DNA of 63,431 nt, filler included, from Welwitschia mirabilis (lineage: Eukaryota): NCBI GenBank assembly GCA_051453625.1. It is 6 parts of one record of this genome, joined end to end, with 100 filler letters (N's around TTAATTAATTAA, not from the genome) between each part and the next. Parts side by side here need not be neighbours in the genome. Positions count along the whole stretch, not along the records: positions 23,124 to 48,306 come from JBOZIK010000001.1; positions 48,407 to 54,766 come from JBOZIK010000001.1; 4 more parts are not named here. One strand, 5' to 3'. Made by a program: the position numbers and the translations under genes. The number at the start of each line of letters is the position of its first letter. Within the stretch, counting starts at the first letter, position 1. Shown here one piece after another: positions 41,301-52,125 of this stretch. The notes below the pieces were generated by a model. That model did no database searches and was not told where the DNA came from. It saw only the letters and a program-made list of their open reading frames with translations.

Positions 41301-42733
41301 ACAGAAAATAAGAATGTCATTCACCTGGACATCCGAATATCATAGGAGANNNNNNNNNNNNNNNNNNNNNNNNNNNNNNNNNNNNNNNNNNNNNNNNNNN
41401 NNNNNNNNNNNNNNNNNNNNNNNNNNNNNNNNNNNNNNNNNNNNNNNNNAAAGTGGAAAACACAGAAAATAAGAATGTCATTCACCTGGACATCCGAATA
41501 TCATAGGAGATGATATAAACCAATTTATTTCAGGAAAATTGTAATCCAAAAATAAAACTAAAAGTAAAAATAGAACACTGTCATCTTGGCTATCATGGAA
41601 ATGATAGATGAGAGAACCACGTTTTTGTTACAGAAAACTAAAACTGAAAAACTACATATAAAAAACCTATATCTCCTAATAAAATACAACTTTTCACATA
41701 TAAATAATCAAATAAGAATCTGATATATTCATTCAAATGATTACAACTCTTCTACTCTTAAATAGCCTTNNNNNNNNNNNNNNNNNNNNNNNNNNNNNNN
41801 NNNNNNNNNNNNNNNNNNNNNNNNNNNNNNNNNNNNNNNNNNNNNNNNNNNNNNNNNNNNNNNNNNNNNNNNNNNNNNNNNNNNNNNNNNNNNNNNNNNN
41901 NNNNNNNNNNNNNNNNNNNNNNNNNNNNNNNNNNNNNNNNNNNNNNNNNNNNNNNNNNNNNNNNNNNNNNNNNNNNNNNNNNNNNNNNNNNNNNNNNNNN
42001 NNNNNNNNNNNNNNNNNNNNNNNNNNNNNNNNNNNNNNNNNNNNNNNNNNNNNNNNNNNNNNNNNNTTTCAACCTTAACAAAAGTTACCCTTAATAATAT
42101 ATATCAACTAAGAAATTGTCACTAGATCAAGGGCAAAAAAGACTATAAGGGTCATCAAAGAAACTAACATGAAAATATGAAAAAAAAATAAGGTTTATAT
42201 TAAGAAAGAGTAATAAGCATCTTAGTTACAAAGCAGTAAGGTCTCAATAGAGGATACATAGCCCTCCATGACATGCACATCTTTCTACAACACTCAAGAT
42301 AAATCTCTCGTCCTTCATTCTCCTATCATGAGAATGTTTGATGCAATAAAGATGAGAAGGAGAGTTGAAGGGGGGGTTATTTATAATAATTCACAGCAAA
42401 AAAGGATAAACAATACATGAAAAAAGGAACACTTATTTACAACTCATAAATGAATAAAATAGTTAAAGGTTGCTGTCATAGTCAATTACATGTCAGTGTC
42501 ATCCAAGCTGTCATCTAGACAACAAGGGAAATGATAGCACATTATAAAATAGTCTCAAAATGATGACTTAGTAGTTATCGTCTTACCTATCATGGGAATG
42601 AAGGAGGGGGTGATGGTCTTCTTTTATTATGTTATTAAAGAGAACTTATCATTTTTATCAATAATCCTTTTTTAAAGCTCTGTGCATCAGAAAGTGCCTT
42701 TAATAAATCAAATTTGGATAAGAATCATACTTT
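32306..42733 (-). mobile_element. Second Athila-like gag-protease-only LTR retrotransposon (related subfamily)
   Basis: LTR starts TGTTGCAGTG at 32306 (duplicate at 33116) and ends GTGCAACA at 34255 next to the PPT motif. Second LTR 42067-42733 aligns to about 33395-34140. Gag (HAYANFSGENDEDPLQHIVDIE; CDLCEDNYH) and protease (KALIDIGTSANIMP). The PBS and outer end fall in gaps. Confidence 0.88.
36950..40870 (-). pseudogene. Decayed gag-protease polyprotein
   Basis: ORF fragments 38093-38458 (ALIDIGTSANIMPLHICKTLGL..LELVDISIKKSLGIIKDLVIQIEEA) and 37491-37709; clearly homologous to 4271-8800. Confidence 0.85.
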
Positions 42734-43484
42734 NNNNNNNNNNNNNNNNNNNNNNNNNNNNNNNNNNNNNNNNNNNNNNNNNNNNNNNNNNNNNNNNNNN
42801 NNNNNNNNNNNNNNNNNNNNNNNNNNNNNNNNNTGTGATGCACTAGCCAATTTTGATTTTGAATTACTTGTATAATATGCATCATAAACATTATTTAGAA
42901 GTCCACAATAGCACAGTTACAAAATCTGCTTACAAGTTTAATCTAGAATACTCAAGAAATCATAGATAAGGGAGTAATATTATGATTATTTTATTTACCA
43001 CTTATAGATTATATTTTAAACTCACTAATTTATTTGTAGACATCATTTTGAGTTATCACTACTTCTAATTATATAGATACATCATCATTTTCTAAATTAT
43101 CATTGTTATATTTTACAATTTTTATTATGTATGATATTTAATTCTTACCTTACAATGTATTAAACATTTTAAACGAAAGGCTAATGAAGATTTCAGTACT
43201 TTTATTTTTTTGATGATCATATTCACAAGCATCTAACTTTCATTCTAATTTTATAAGCTTATCATCTTTATTATCATCTAGATGATAAATAGATTAGCAT
43301 ATCTATTATGTATCCTATAGAGGTATTATATTAGTTAATTAATTTTTGATATTTTGTCCTTCATGGTAAATATTTATAAACTTAATTTACATTTTTCTAG
43401 CTACTATTTATCTTATTTAATTTGGCTTACAATATTGTTGATCACTTAATTTGTCAGGGACTAATAAGGCTAAGTGGTGGACTA

Positions 43485-44644
43485 TGTTGTGATGCAAATT
43501 TGTATGTATTTGATGAAGTATTTTAAGTACTTTTCTAGGACATTTATACAGGTTTGGATGCAATTCTAATAATTATGGAAATTCAAGGAATGATCACAAA
43601 AACACACAATTCTTAACATATTTGGAGGCATTTCAAGCATATTCTGATACTTAGCATTTTTAGAAGAAGATCAGTAATGCAAAATGTTGATTTCTCTTAG
43701 CTAGAAGGCTTAGGAAGCTTATCATCTAGTATTTTAAGAAGAAGATCAATGGTGTAAAATGTTGATTTCTCTTAGCTAAAAGGTTTAGAAATCCTACTAT
43801 CTCCTATGTCATTCAAATGATATTTAAGAGATAGTGTACCACTATGAACTCTAGATTATGGGGCTAGCTACAGGGCTAGAAGCTAATGATTCAACTTTTG
43901 TTATGGGGCATTGTCCTTAGTGTCGTCTGGATGACAGAAAAGATGACAACTATTTAATATAAATAAATCTAATTACCTTTGTAATGTGGTCATGCACCTC
44001 ATCTGGATTGCTAGGGTTTCTTCCCTAACTTTTAGATTTCATTTTAAAAACCCGTAATGTAAAGATATAAATACCTCCTTTGTTCTTATTCTTAATTCAT
44101 CTATTGTTTTGAATATTCTTATGATGGAATATTGAAGGATAGAAGATCCATCGATAGCTACATAGAGAAGTCTTCTTTGGTGTTGGGTTGAGTATCCTTT
44201 ATTGAGGTGCTACTACTTTGTTTGTAAGTGGACATTAATTAATGATTAATACAAAGATACCTTTTTCACTTCTATCTTGTAAACCTCCCTCATGATTTAA
44301 GTTGGTTATGATTCTATGACAACTTCATAATTGATCTAAATCATGAAGGTAACCTTTGTTAAGGTTGACATTGTTAGTGTATATTTGCATTCATTCCATA
44401 TTTCATTCCATCATCATTCATTCTTGCATTGAATTTTAATTGTTTTTTATTTTCATTTACTAAAAGGAAAAAGAATCAGAATACCTTATTGGAATTAATT
44501 CTCTAAATTCTAGTCTAGTACCTTCAATGGATTATAACATTCAAATTAACTTCCATCTATACTAGTATGTATTTTTCTACAAGTATTTGTGATTTACAGG
44601 ATCTAATTAAGGACTTAAAGATTTCACAAATTCACACTACAATG
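43485..44644 (+). mobile_element. 3' LTR of another Athila-like family member (internal 3' remnant about 42834-43484)
   Basis: Preceded by GTCAGGGACTAATAAGGCTAAGTGGTGGACTA; starts TGTTG; contains CCATCTATACTAG; ends CACACTACAATG (decayed CACACTGCAACA). Contains an internal about 75-bp duplication at about 43652-43797. Confidence 0.8.
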
Positions 44645-46244
44645 CATAAGAAGAAGAAAACCTTCCTACATTCTAGGAAGCTACAAGACTTGAAAATTTT
44701 AAATGGATTAATGATACTAGCATTAATAACTCTAAATCATATCTCTTAGAAATCAAAAAGATGTCCAGAATCAAATCAATAATGATATCTAAGAGAACCT
44801 TTAGTTTTAGCATGCCTTAGAGAGTAATTAATAAGATGCATTAGATTACACTTTAAAGTAGGATTACATCATATGACGATCAATTAGTAGCAAGTGAGTA
44901 AATGTTTAAGAAAAATTACAAATTAGAAAGTTACATAATAAATGATGAAAGTGACATCAATGACAAATGTGTAGAACTAAAATCTTTATCATTCATACAA
45001 CTATATGAGAAGGAATTCTGAAATAACTTATTAAAGAGGAGAATAGTAGTCAAGAGGAATTACATGATCCACTCTCTTAAGATCCTTCATCTTTTTGTTA
45101 ACAACCTCTCTAACCAATTATGAAATTTTCATCTCATCTTTTAAGCAAAACTTAAATCTTAATGATGAAGATAAACCTACATACCTTTGAAAACATTTTC
45201 TATTAATTCTCTTAATGATCAATTACGTTCTCCTATGATTTCCAATACATCTTTATCTTCACCCAAAACAATGTCTTGCTTGAGTTATTGAATAAGCATA
45301 AATAGGCTAAGGGAAGGAAAATTTCTGATTTCAAATGTATTAATTTTGTTATGAATGATTGTGTTTTTTTAAATTTCTTAGAATCATGCATAAATGGTTA
45401 CAAGGATTCTCTATTATTGTTAAATGCTTTATGTAATTTTGATTCTTTATCTAAATTTTTCATTCATCGTCATAATCCTTCACGTACATANNNNNNNNNN
45501 NNNNNNNNNNNNNNNNNNNNNNNNNNNNNNNNNNNNNNNNNNNNNNNNNNNNNNNNNNNNNNNNNNNNNNNNNNNNNNNNNNNNNNNNNTTTAAAAAAAG
45601 AAAAAATGTTAAAAAGGTTTTTTTTCTTGATATTACTTCATACCTTAAATTAATTAAGCACTTTCACTTATATAATCACTATATTAAACATTTTCAAGTA
45701 GAAAATCCAAAATACCACCCACTCCATTAAATAAATTATCATCGCCTTAAACCTCATCATTCACCATCCTCCATTTGGCACCACCTAATAAAATTCATTA
45801 ATCACACTCCACCTCCATTCATCTATCAGTTCTTAAGATTAGATAATCTTAGTGAATGGATCTTAAATAAATAAATCATTAATAAATGATCCTATTATTA
45901 TTACAAATTAGGTAGAATTTAAGTTTACTTGTATTTTTTAAGAAAAGGTTTTGCTTATTTTCGAGTTAACTTATTAAGGTATAAATTTCACTTAAGGTCT
46001 TCTAAATGGAAATTGTGGTTGAATTAAGATGGAATCTACTTTAATTTTGAGTAAATTATTTTTGAAGCATTTATGAAGATAAGAATTATCTTAATTAGAC
46101 TAATGAGCCAATTACCCCTTTATGTGCATAAAAATGTATTGATTATGATAAGAATTAATTTAAATAAAATGTAAAATCTCCTCTCTAAAAAGTACGTCAT
46201 TTAATGATTACTTAAAATTTGGACTTAGCCAACTGCAGAAGGGC

Positions 46245-46470
46245 TATAGATGTTCACTGGTAATGCAGCTCTAATGATTTATTTTATGACATGTTCAATT
46301 TCATGAGGGCTATAAATTCTCACTGGCAATGCAACTAACTCATTCATACATCAACATACTTAACTTTGTTGTAAGAATATTTCATAACACTAGATGCCCA
46401 ATTAGATTAAAATTCTTGATGCAAGAAATAAAGCGTAATTGTAGAAAAGATAAAATTAAATGAAAAAGAT
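46245..46470 (+). repeat. Remnant homologous to the Athila-like 3' region at about 27840-28340
   Basis: GATGTTCACTGGTAATGCAGC..TGATTT..CAATT.CAT.AGGG.TATAAAT matches GATGCTCACTGGTAATGTAGC.. at about 27842. Confidence 0.55.
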
Positions 46471-46785
46471 GGAATTGGGAGACTCTTTTATGTTTACTTT
46501 CCTTGACTTATGTACTTTTAAATTTTGCTTAATTGATTTTTGATAACTTGTAGATTTACTTAAAGGATATCTTGTTTTTTAAATAATGCAACACATTTTA
46601 AATTTATAATAAAATTTGTAAAATTTTTAATAAATATAGCTATTAATTTAGGTAATCAACTTTTTGAATTAGTGGATGATGCATTATCCATTAGGTTTGA
46701 TGTTTTGTATTCCCTAAATTCTGCATTTTAATTTAAGCATTGCATTATGGTTTTCCTTAAATACTTACACTAGCTTAGATATATA

Positions 46786-46790
<5 letters not shown>

Positions 46791-46820
<30 letters not shown>
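46791..46820. repeat. (TA)15 microsatellite
   Basis: Direct read. Confidence 0.95.
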
Positions 46821-46825
<5 letters not shown>

Positions 46826-47559
46826 TGACCAAGATTTATCAAATATTTTCACCTTTTGAATGAAACTACAAGCATTAAGGCAAATANNNNNNNNNNNNNN
46901 NNNNNNNNNNNNNNNNNNNNNNNNNNNNNNNNNNNNNNNNNNNNNNNNNNNNNNNNNNNNNNNNNNNNNNNNNNNNNNNNNNNNNNNNNNNNNNNNNNNN
47001 NNNNNNNNNNNNNNNNNNNNNNNNNNNNNNNNNNNNNNNNNNNNNNNNNNNNNNNNNNNNNNNNNNNNNNNNNNNNNNNNNNNNNNNNNNNNNNNNNNNN
47101 NNNNNNNNNNNNNNNNNNNNNNNNNNNNNNNNNNNNNNNNNNNNNNNNNNNNNNNNNNNNNNNNNNNNNNNNNNNNNNNNNNNNNNNNNNNNNNNNNNNN
47201 NNNNNNNNNNNNNNNNNNNNNNNNNNNNNNNNNNNNNNNNNNNNNNNNNNNNNNNNNNNNNNNNNNNNNNNNNNNNNNNNNNNNNNNNNNNNNNNNNNNN
47301 NNNNNNNNNNNNNNNNNNNNNNNNNNNNNNNNNNNNNNNNNNNNNNNNNNNNNNNNNNNNNNNNNNNNNNNNNNNNNNNNNNNNNNNNNNNNNNNNNNNN
47401 NNNNNNNNNNNNNNNNNNNNNNNNNNNNNNNNNNNNNNNNNNNNNNNNNNNNNNNNNNNNNNNNNNNNNNNNNNNNNNNNNNNNNNNNNNNNNNNNNNNT
47501 TACCCTATACAAATTTACACTATACATGAACTGGCAAAATATTACAATGACAATGAATT

Positions 47560-48306
47560 CTATACTTCTAGGCTCACTAAACGTTGCTTCTCCTTCATCT
47601 GCTTTTCTAAGTTAGAACCTTTACATAATTTCCTGTATCTTTGTTTAGAAAATGGAGAAAATATCTTCATTAATTCTATGGACTTCATTCAAGAAAAAGC
47701 CACAAAAGTCAGTCCTAACATTTCCTTAGAAAAAATGTCTATGCATTCTTTACTGAGTGTTAACCCTTGAGATTTATGAATTGTTAATGCCCATGTGAGT
47801 TTGAAAGATAGCTATTTTGTTCAATCTCTAGAGACTGGTATGATGGAAACTGTATTTGGACTTGATTCATCGAAAGGAACTCTAGTATAGGTATCAAAGC
47901 CAACGATGACATAGGTTGGAAGATTAGGTGGATTCTTTTCTGAACAATAAACTATTGATCTAGCAACACCCATAGACCCATTTACTAATCCAACTTTAGG
48001 CCATATGTTCATAGTTAACATGATCCTAGCTCCTTAATAGATAAGAAGCTCTGTTTCTAATTCACCACCAGCATCATCGTATCTAACTGAATCACATGAT
48101 CTGTCTGCTACACATCATGCAATGGATGATTGGATTTGAAGTAAACAACTTTTGTTATGTGTGGAAACCATATCATTGATGGCAAATTGATGAACTGAAT
48201 CCTAAAAACCATCCATTCCATTTGATGTATAAGGAAGTTCAGAACTTGTCATTAGAAAATCATAATTATCATCTAAAGATTTACCATATCTTACATTCAT
48301 CAGTAG
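47560..48306 (-). pseudogene. C-terminal PIF1-family (SF1B) helicase remnant, probably from a Helitron-like RepHel
   Basis: Single frame with stops: LLMNVRYG..HNKSCL..ELLIY*GARIMLTMNIWPKVGLVNGSMG..LPTYVIVGF..KLTWALTIHKSQGLTL..GLTFVAFS*MKS..RLVSLEV*. Truncated by the linker at 48307. Confidence 0.9.
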
Positions 48307-48406
48307 NNNNNNNNNNNNNNNNNNNNNNNNNNNNNNNNNNNNNNNNNNNNTTAATTAATTAANNNNNNNNNNNNNNNNNNNNNNNNNNNNNNNNNNNNNN
48401 NNNNNN

Positions 48407-48975
48407 GAAGATACATGACATGGCATTCATTGGTAGCATTATCAATAGTTAGAGGACATGTCATTGTCATGTTTATATAAGAAGATAAGAAATATTTATT
48501 TGAGGCTACATGCCAAATGCTTGTAACTTCCTCCTTGAGTAACTGCCAAATGCAACCCCCTTGTGTAACTATCCACCTAATACATAATGACAACACCTAA
48601 CACAATCATGACTCTAAACCTTTCATCATCTATAAAAGGACCTTAATCCCTCATTATAAACATATTTTGGCTAGCTTAACATGGGGAAGACATAGAGGCT
48701 AGGATGTCATGATGCTTTGATAACTTTTTTTTAAGGATGAAATGATCCAAAGCTAGTTGAGGAGTTCTTCTTTTTTACATCCTTCATTTGATGTAATGTA
48801 TATTTTTTTTATTTTAATTAGTTTGAATACTTTCATTGTTAATGCATAAAGTCATTTGGTATTAGCAATATTTATGTAGAACTAATTCAAAAATTAGTTT
48901 TAATTGCTTCATTATTATTACACAATCATTTGGCATTAGCAATTTGTAGGTAAGATTAAATCTTAAGTAGATCTC
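48407..48975 (+). repeat. Dispersed LTR-like repeat homologous to 31735-32305
   Basis: Collinear alignment by eye over about 570 bp. Confidence 0.8.
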
Positions 48976-50360
48976 ATGCCTTCATTATTATTATATAATT
49001 TATTTGACATTGGCAATTTTTAGATGGATCTTACTTAGTTTTAAGTTCATGATATAAGAATCATTAGAGAAAAGATGAAGGGTTGGACAAGTTGATAGAC
49101 CTTTAGAGCATTTCTATTCCTTCACATTGTGAATCAAAGATCAACTTCCTTCTCAAGTTCTAATTTTTTTTTATTTGAGTTTTATTGCAAGTTGAATTAA
49201 TTAGGTATTTTTTGTAAAGTTATTACATATATCCTTGTGAAAGAATGGTACTAAGTATTTTAGTTAGTTTAAATCTGGGTCACCGTTATACACTGATTAG
49301 TTATTTAGCTTACCTCAATGCTAGTAACTCTAAAATGACATCTTACAAACCTATGATATGAATTCTTATCAAAGTTAAATCATGTAAAACAAACATTTAT
49401 AAAAATAATTATTTATATATAATCAACAAAACCATAAAGCACACAAAAAAGCATAAACTTTTAGGAAATAATGCATGCATTTTTAAAAAAACTTTCAAAT
49501 GGCAAGATTATTTTATCCAATGTGTTGTTGTTATAATGAAAGGCTTCAACATCTAATGGTTGTTTATATTCCTTTATATAATGAGTAATGAAGTGCTATT
49601 GAGTTTTATTTTACCTTCCTTCAGTGGCTAGGTCGACTAACTCCCTTTGCTTGAAATTATTCAAAATNNNNNNNNNNNNNNNNNNNNNNNNNNNNNNNNN
49701 NNNNNNNNNNNNNNNNNNNNNNNNNNNNNNNNNNNNNNNNNNNNNNNNNNNNNNNNNNNNNNNNNNNAGTGGCTAGGTCGACTAACTCCCTTTGGTTGAA
49801 ATTATTCAAAATAACCACTATACTTGAAATTAGAGTTTCTTAGTGTTAGATAGACCTAAGGTTAGTAGTAGAATCTGCCAAGATCTTAAGTAAAAGATAT
49901 CCCTTCACTTTTTTCTGTTTTCAGTGCGGTTTTTAGCCATGGTGTTAACTATATTTTAACAAATTTTTAGCTATTCTAATAGGAGGTATCTGTATATAAA
50001 TACTTTTTTAGCTATTCTAATAAAGAAATGAGTATTAGAAAGTACAAATTCCCAATGTAAGGTGAATCACTATCTATCTGAAATCCTTGTCAACCAGGAA
50101 AAGACAACCTTTCATTTAAATGGCTCATAGCAAATAACATTGACTTTAAGAAATCAAGGCAACAATTTATGTTATCAATCAGGTACATTTACAAATATCA
50201 AGAAAGACACCATTTGAAATTATATTACTTTCATTTTCCTAAAGGAGATAAGCTTCACATGAAGCAGCCTCGTAAATGGAAGATATTTAAGGTGGAGAGT
50301 CAAATATTAAAATGAGAAAAGAACTTGCTTTTGCATTTAAACTATTCTCTATTCAGTTGA

Positions 50361-51182
50361 TCATAAATCAGCAGCCAGAAAAGACTAGTTGATAGCAATC
50401 TTCTTTCCAAGTTTGAAAGGTAAAAGTCCCTTATAAGGACAGCTTGCACATCAAAATGCATCTTCAAGGCCACAATTTTCACAAGCGGATTATGGATTCT
50501 CCAACTAATCTACTGTTAATAGCACTTTTTTCTGGTTCACTTCCATTTCAGTCCTGCCACAAGTACAGTCCTTACAAGCTTTTCTAACTATCTTTCCAGC
50601 TTCACAATCATTGCCTAATGAGACTAAAGGTTTATTTAGATCCTCTTCTATTAGCAAATTATTCTTGTCAATAAGATCATCTACATTGTCTTGAAACACT
50701 GGTAACCCCTTTTTATGTTTGACATCTTTTTTGTTATTTATAGCAAAAGAAGATCCTGCTTCCCAAGTGGTTTTTTGAGACCTAATAGCCACTGGTACAA
50801 ACTGGTCAGTAACAACATTAATGTCTTTCGAAATTATAAATCCTGCTCGCAGGAGCTTTCATTCGACAGCAGTTTTCATCTCATTAAGATCCTGATTCGA
50901 AGAACTGGTTTTGTTTATGAAGATAAAAATACCACTCGGTTTCAAAATGCTGAGGACTTCGTCGAGTCAAATTTGTGTAAAAAAATCGTGATTTCTCAAT
51001 GCAAGGATCAAAACATCTAGAGATGAGAATTTTAAATTGAGCTTTATCTCTAAGCGATTCACCTAAGTGATGACATGTAAAGAATTAGCTTTGTTTGGAA
51101 AGCATTTTACAGCCCAACTGATAAGCCTAGCATGAATTGATGGGGATTCAGAAATAAGCAATACTGAGGGATGTGAACTCAT
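50361..51182 (-). pseudogene. DRE2: Full-length intronless anamorsin (CIAPIN1/Dre2 Fe-S assembly protein) pseudogene
   Basis: ATG at 51182 (MSSHPSVLLISES); methyltransferase-like N-domain (SSLDVL..LDEVLSILKPSG..KLLRAGF..WEAGSSF); DDLIDKNNLLIEEDLNKP; CEAGKIVRKACKDCTCG (CX2CXC cluster); SACENCGLEDAF*CASCPYKG (CX2CX7CX2C); ends FLAADL* at 50361. Two frameshifts and several stops. Confidence 0.95.
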
Positions 51183-51398
51183 TTTCGTAGCACACTACTT
51201 GTTTTAATTTCTTTTGATTTGCAGTGCATGAAGAAACAAAAATGAATGTAGAAGGAGCAACGACAAATGCGTCTGAGGCTCTAACTGAAGTGATGATTCA
51301 AAGATGAGAATTTTTACCGAAAAACAGAACCATTTATTACAGAAATTGAAGTGAAATATCTAGTGACATCACCAAAACATGAGATCTGATGATAAGGC

Positions 51399-52125
51399 CT
51401 AAGAACAGCGAGAATCATTAAGAAGATATAGCGAATTATCAGAAATGCATTTCCAGTCAAAAATGCGAGATAATAGCTGATTGAAAAAGGCATCAGAGTT
51501 AACTTTGAGATCTTAAAAGCCCTGCGTACAAGCATCTTCATTAGTGACTGTAGTGCTCATGTAAGCCTGGGCATCATTAATGCTGCTGTGTTTGAACATG
51601 CTCCTCTCAGTCGCATCTGCCATCACCTAGTTCATATTATGCTGGTTCTAGAGTACAGAGTGGAAAGAGGAATTACGAGGCTTATCACAGCATCTATGAA
51701 GATAGTTTCTTCTAGTAGAGGGTTTAAGGAAACTAATGATGAGGGTGATGATGATTCTAGCGTCATCTACCTTCAAGCTACTTACATTCTTTCCCTGCGC
51801 ATTTCTATTATTCATAGGACAAAAGGGACAGTCAAAAGACAATGCGAGAGTGCACAAGCCCGTGATGGTAAGCATCATCATGACTTAGAATTCATTCAGA
51901 AATTAGAAGGATCACATACAAAATGCTAACTGATAGAAAATATGGCATTCTCTTAATGACTACTTTTAAAAACGGCAAGCACTGTCTGACACTCGACACC
52001 ATAGAGCCCAATGAAGGCGGAAGAACATTAATAAGCCATGAAAAGATGGAAGCCAAATGTCACGAGGGAACAGCCATAGAACCACTGAGAAGCAAAATCA
52101 GTAAATACCTTAGTGCCCAATCCAT
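51399..52125 (-). pseudogene. PMEI / invertase-inhibitor domain pseudogene
   Basis: The frame of ORF 51648-51881, read through stops, gives SINDAQAYMSTTVTNEDACTQGF*..ISDNSLYLLN, matching the PMEI C-terminal pattern (D.QTW.SAALT..DTC.DGF..SNAL.L.N). Signal-peptide-like MDWALRYLLILLLSGSMA starts at 52125, and a Cys pair (CSSAFIGLYGVECQTVL) lies in a shifted frame. The 5' boundary is uncertain. Confidence 0.68.

Noticed and set aside
44645..45490. Possible Copia gag/protease remnant on the minus strand (Y*FDSG)
   Set aside because: Only one short motif; not enough to call.
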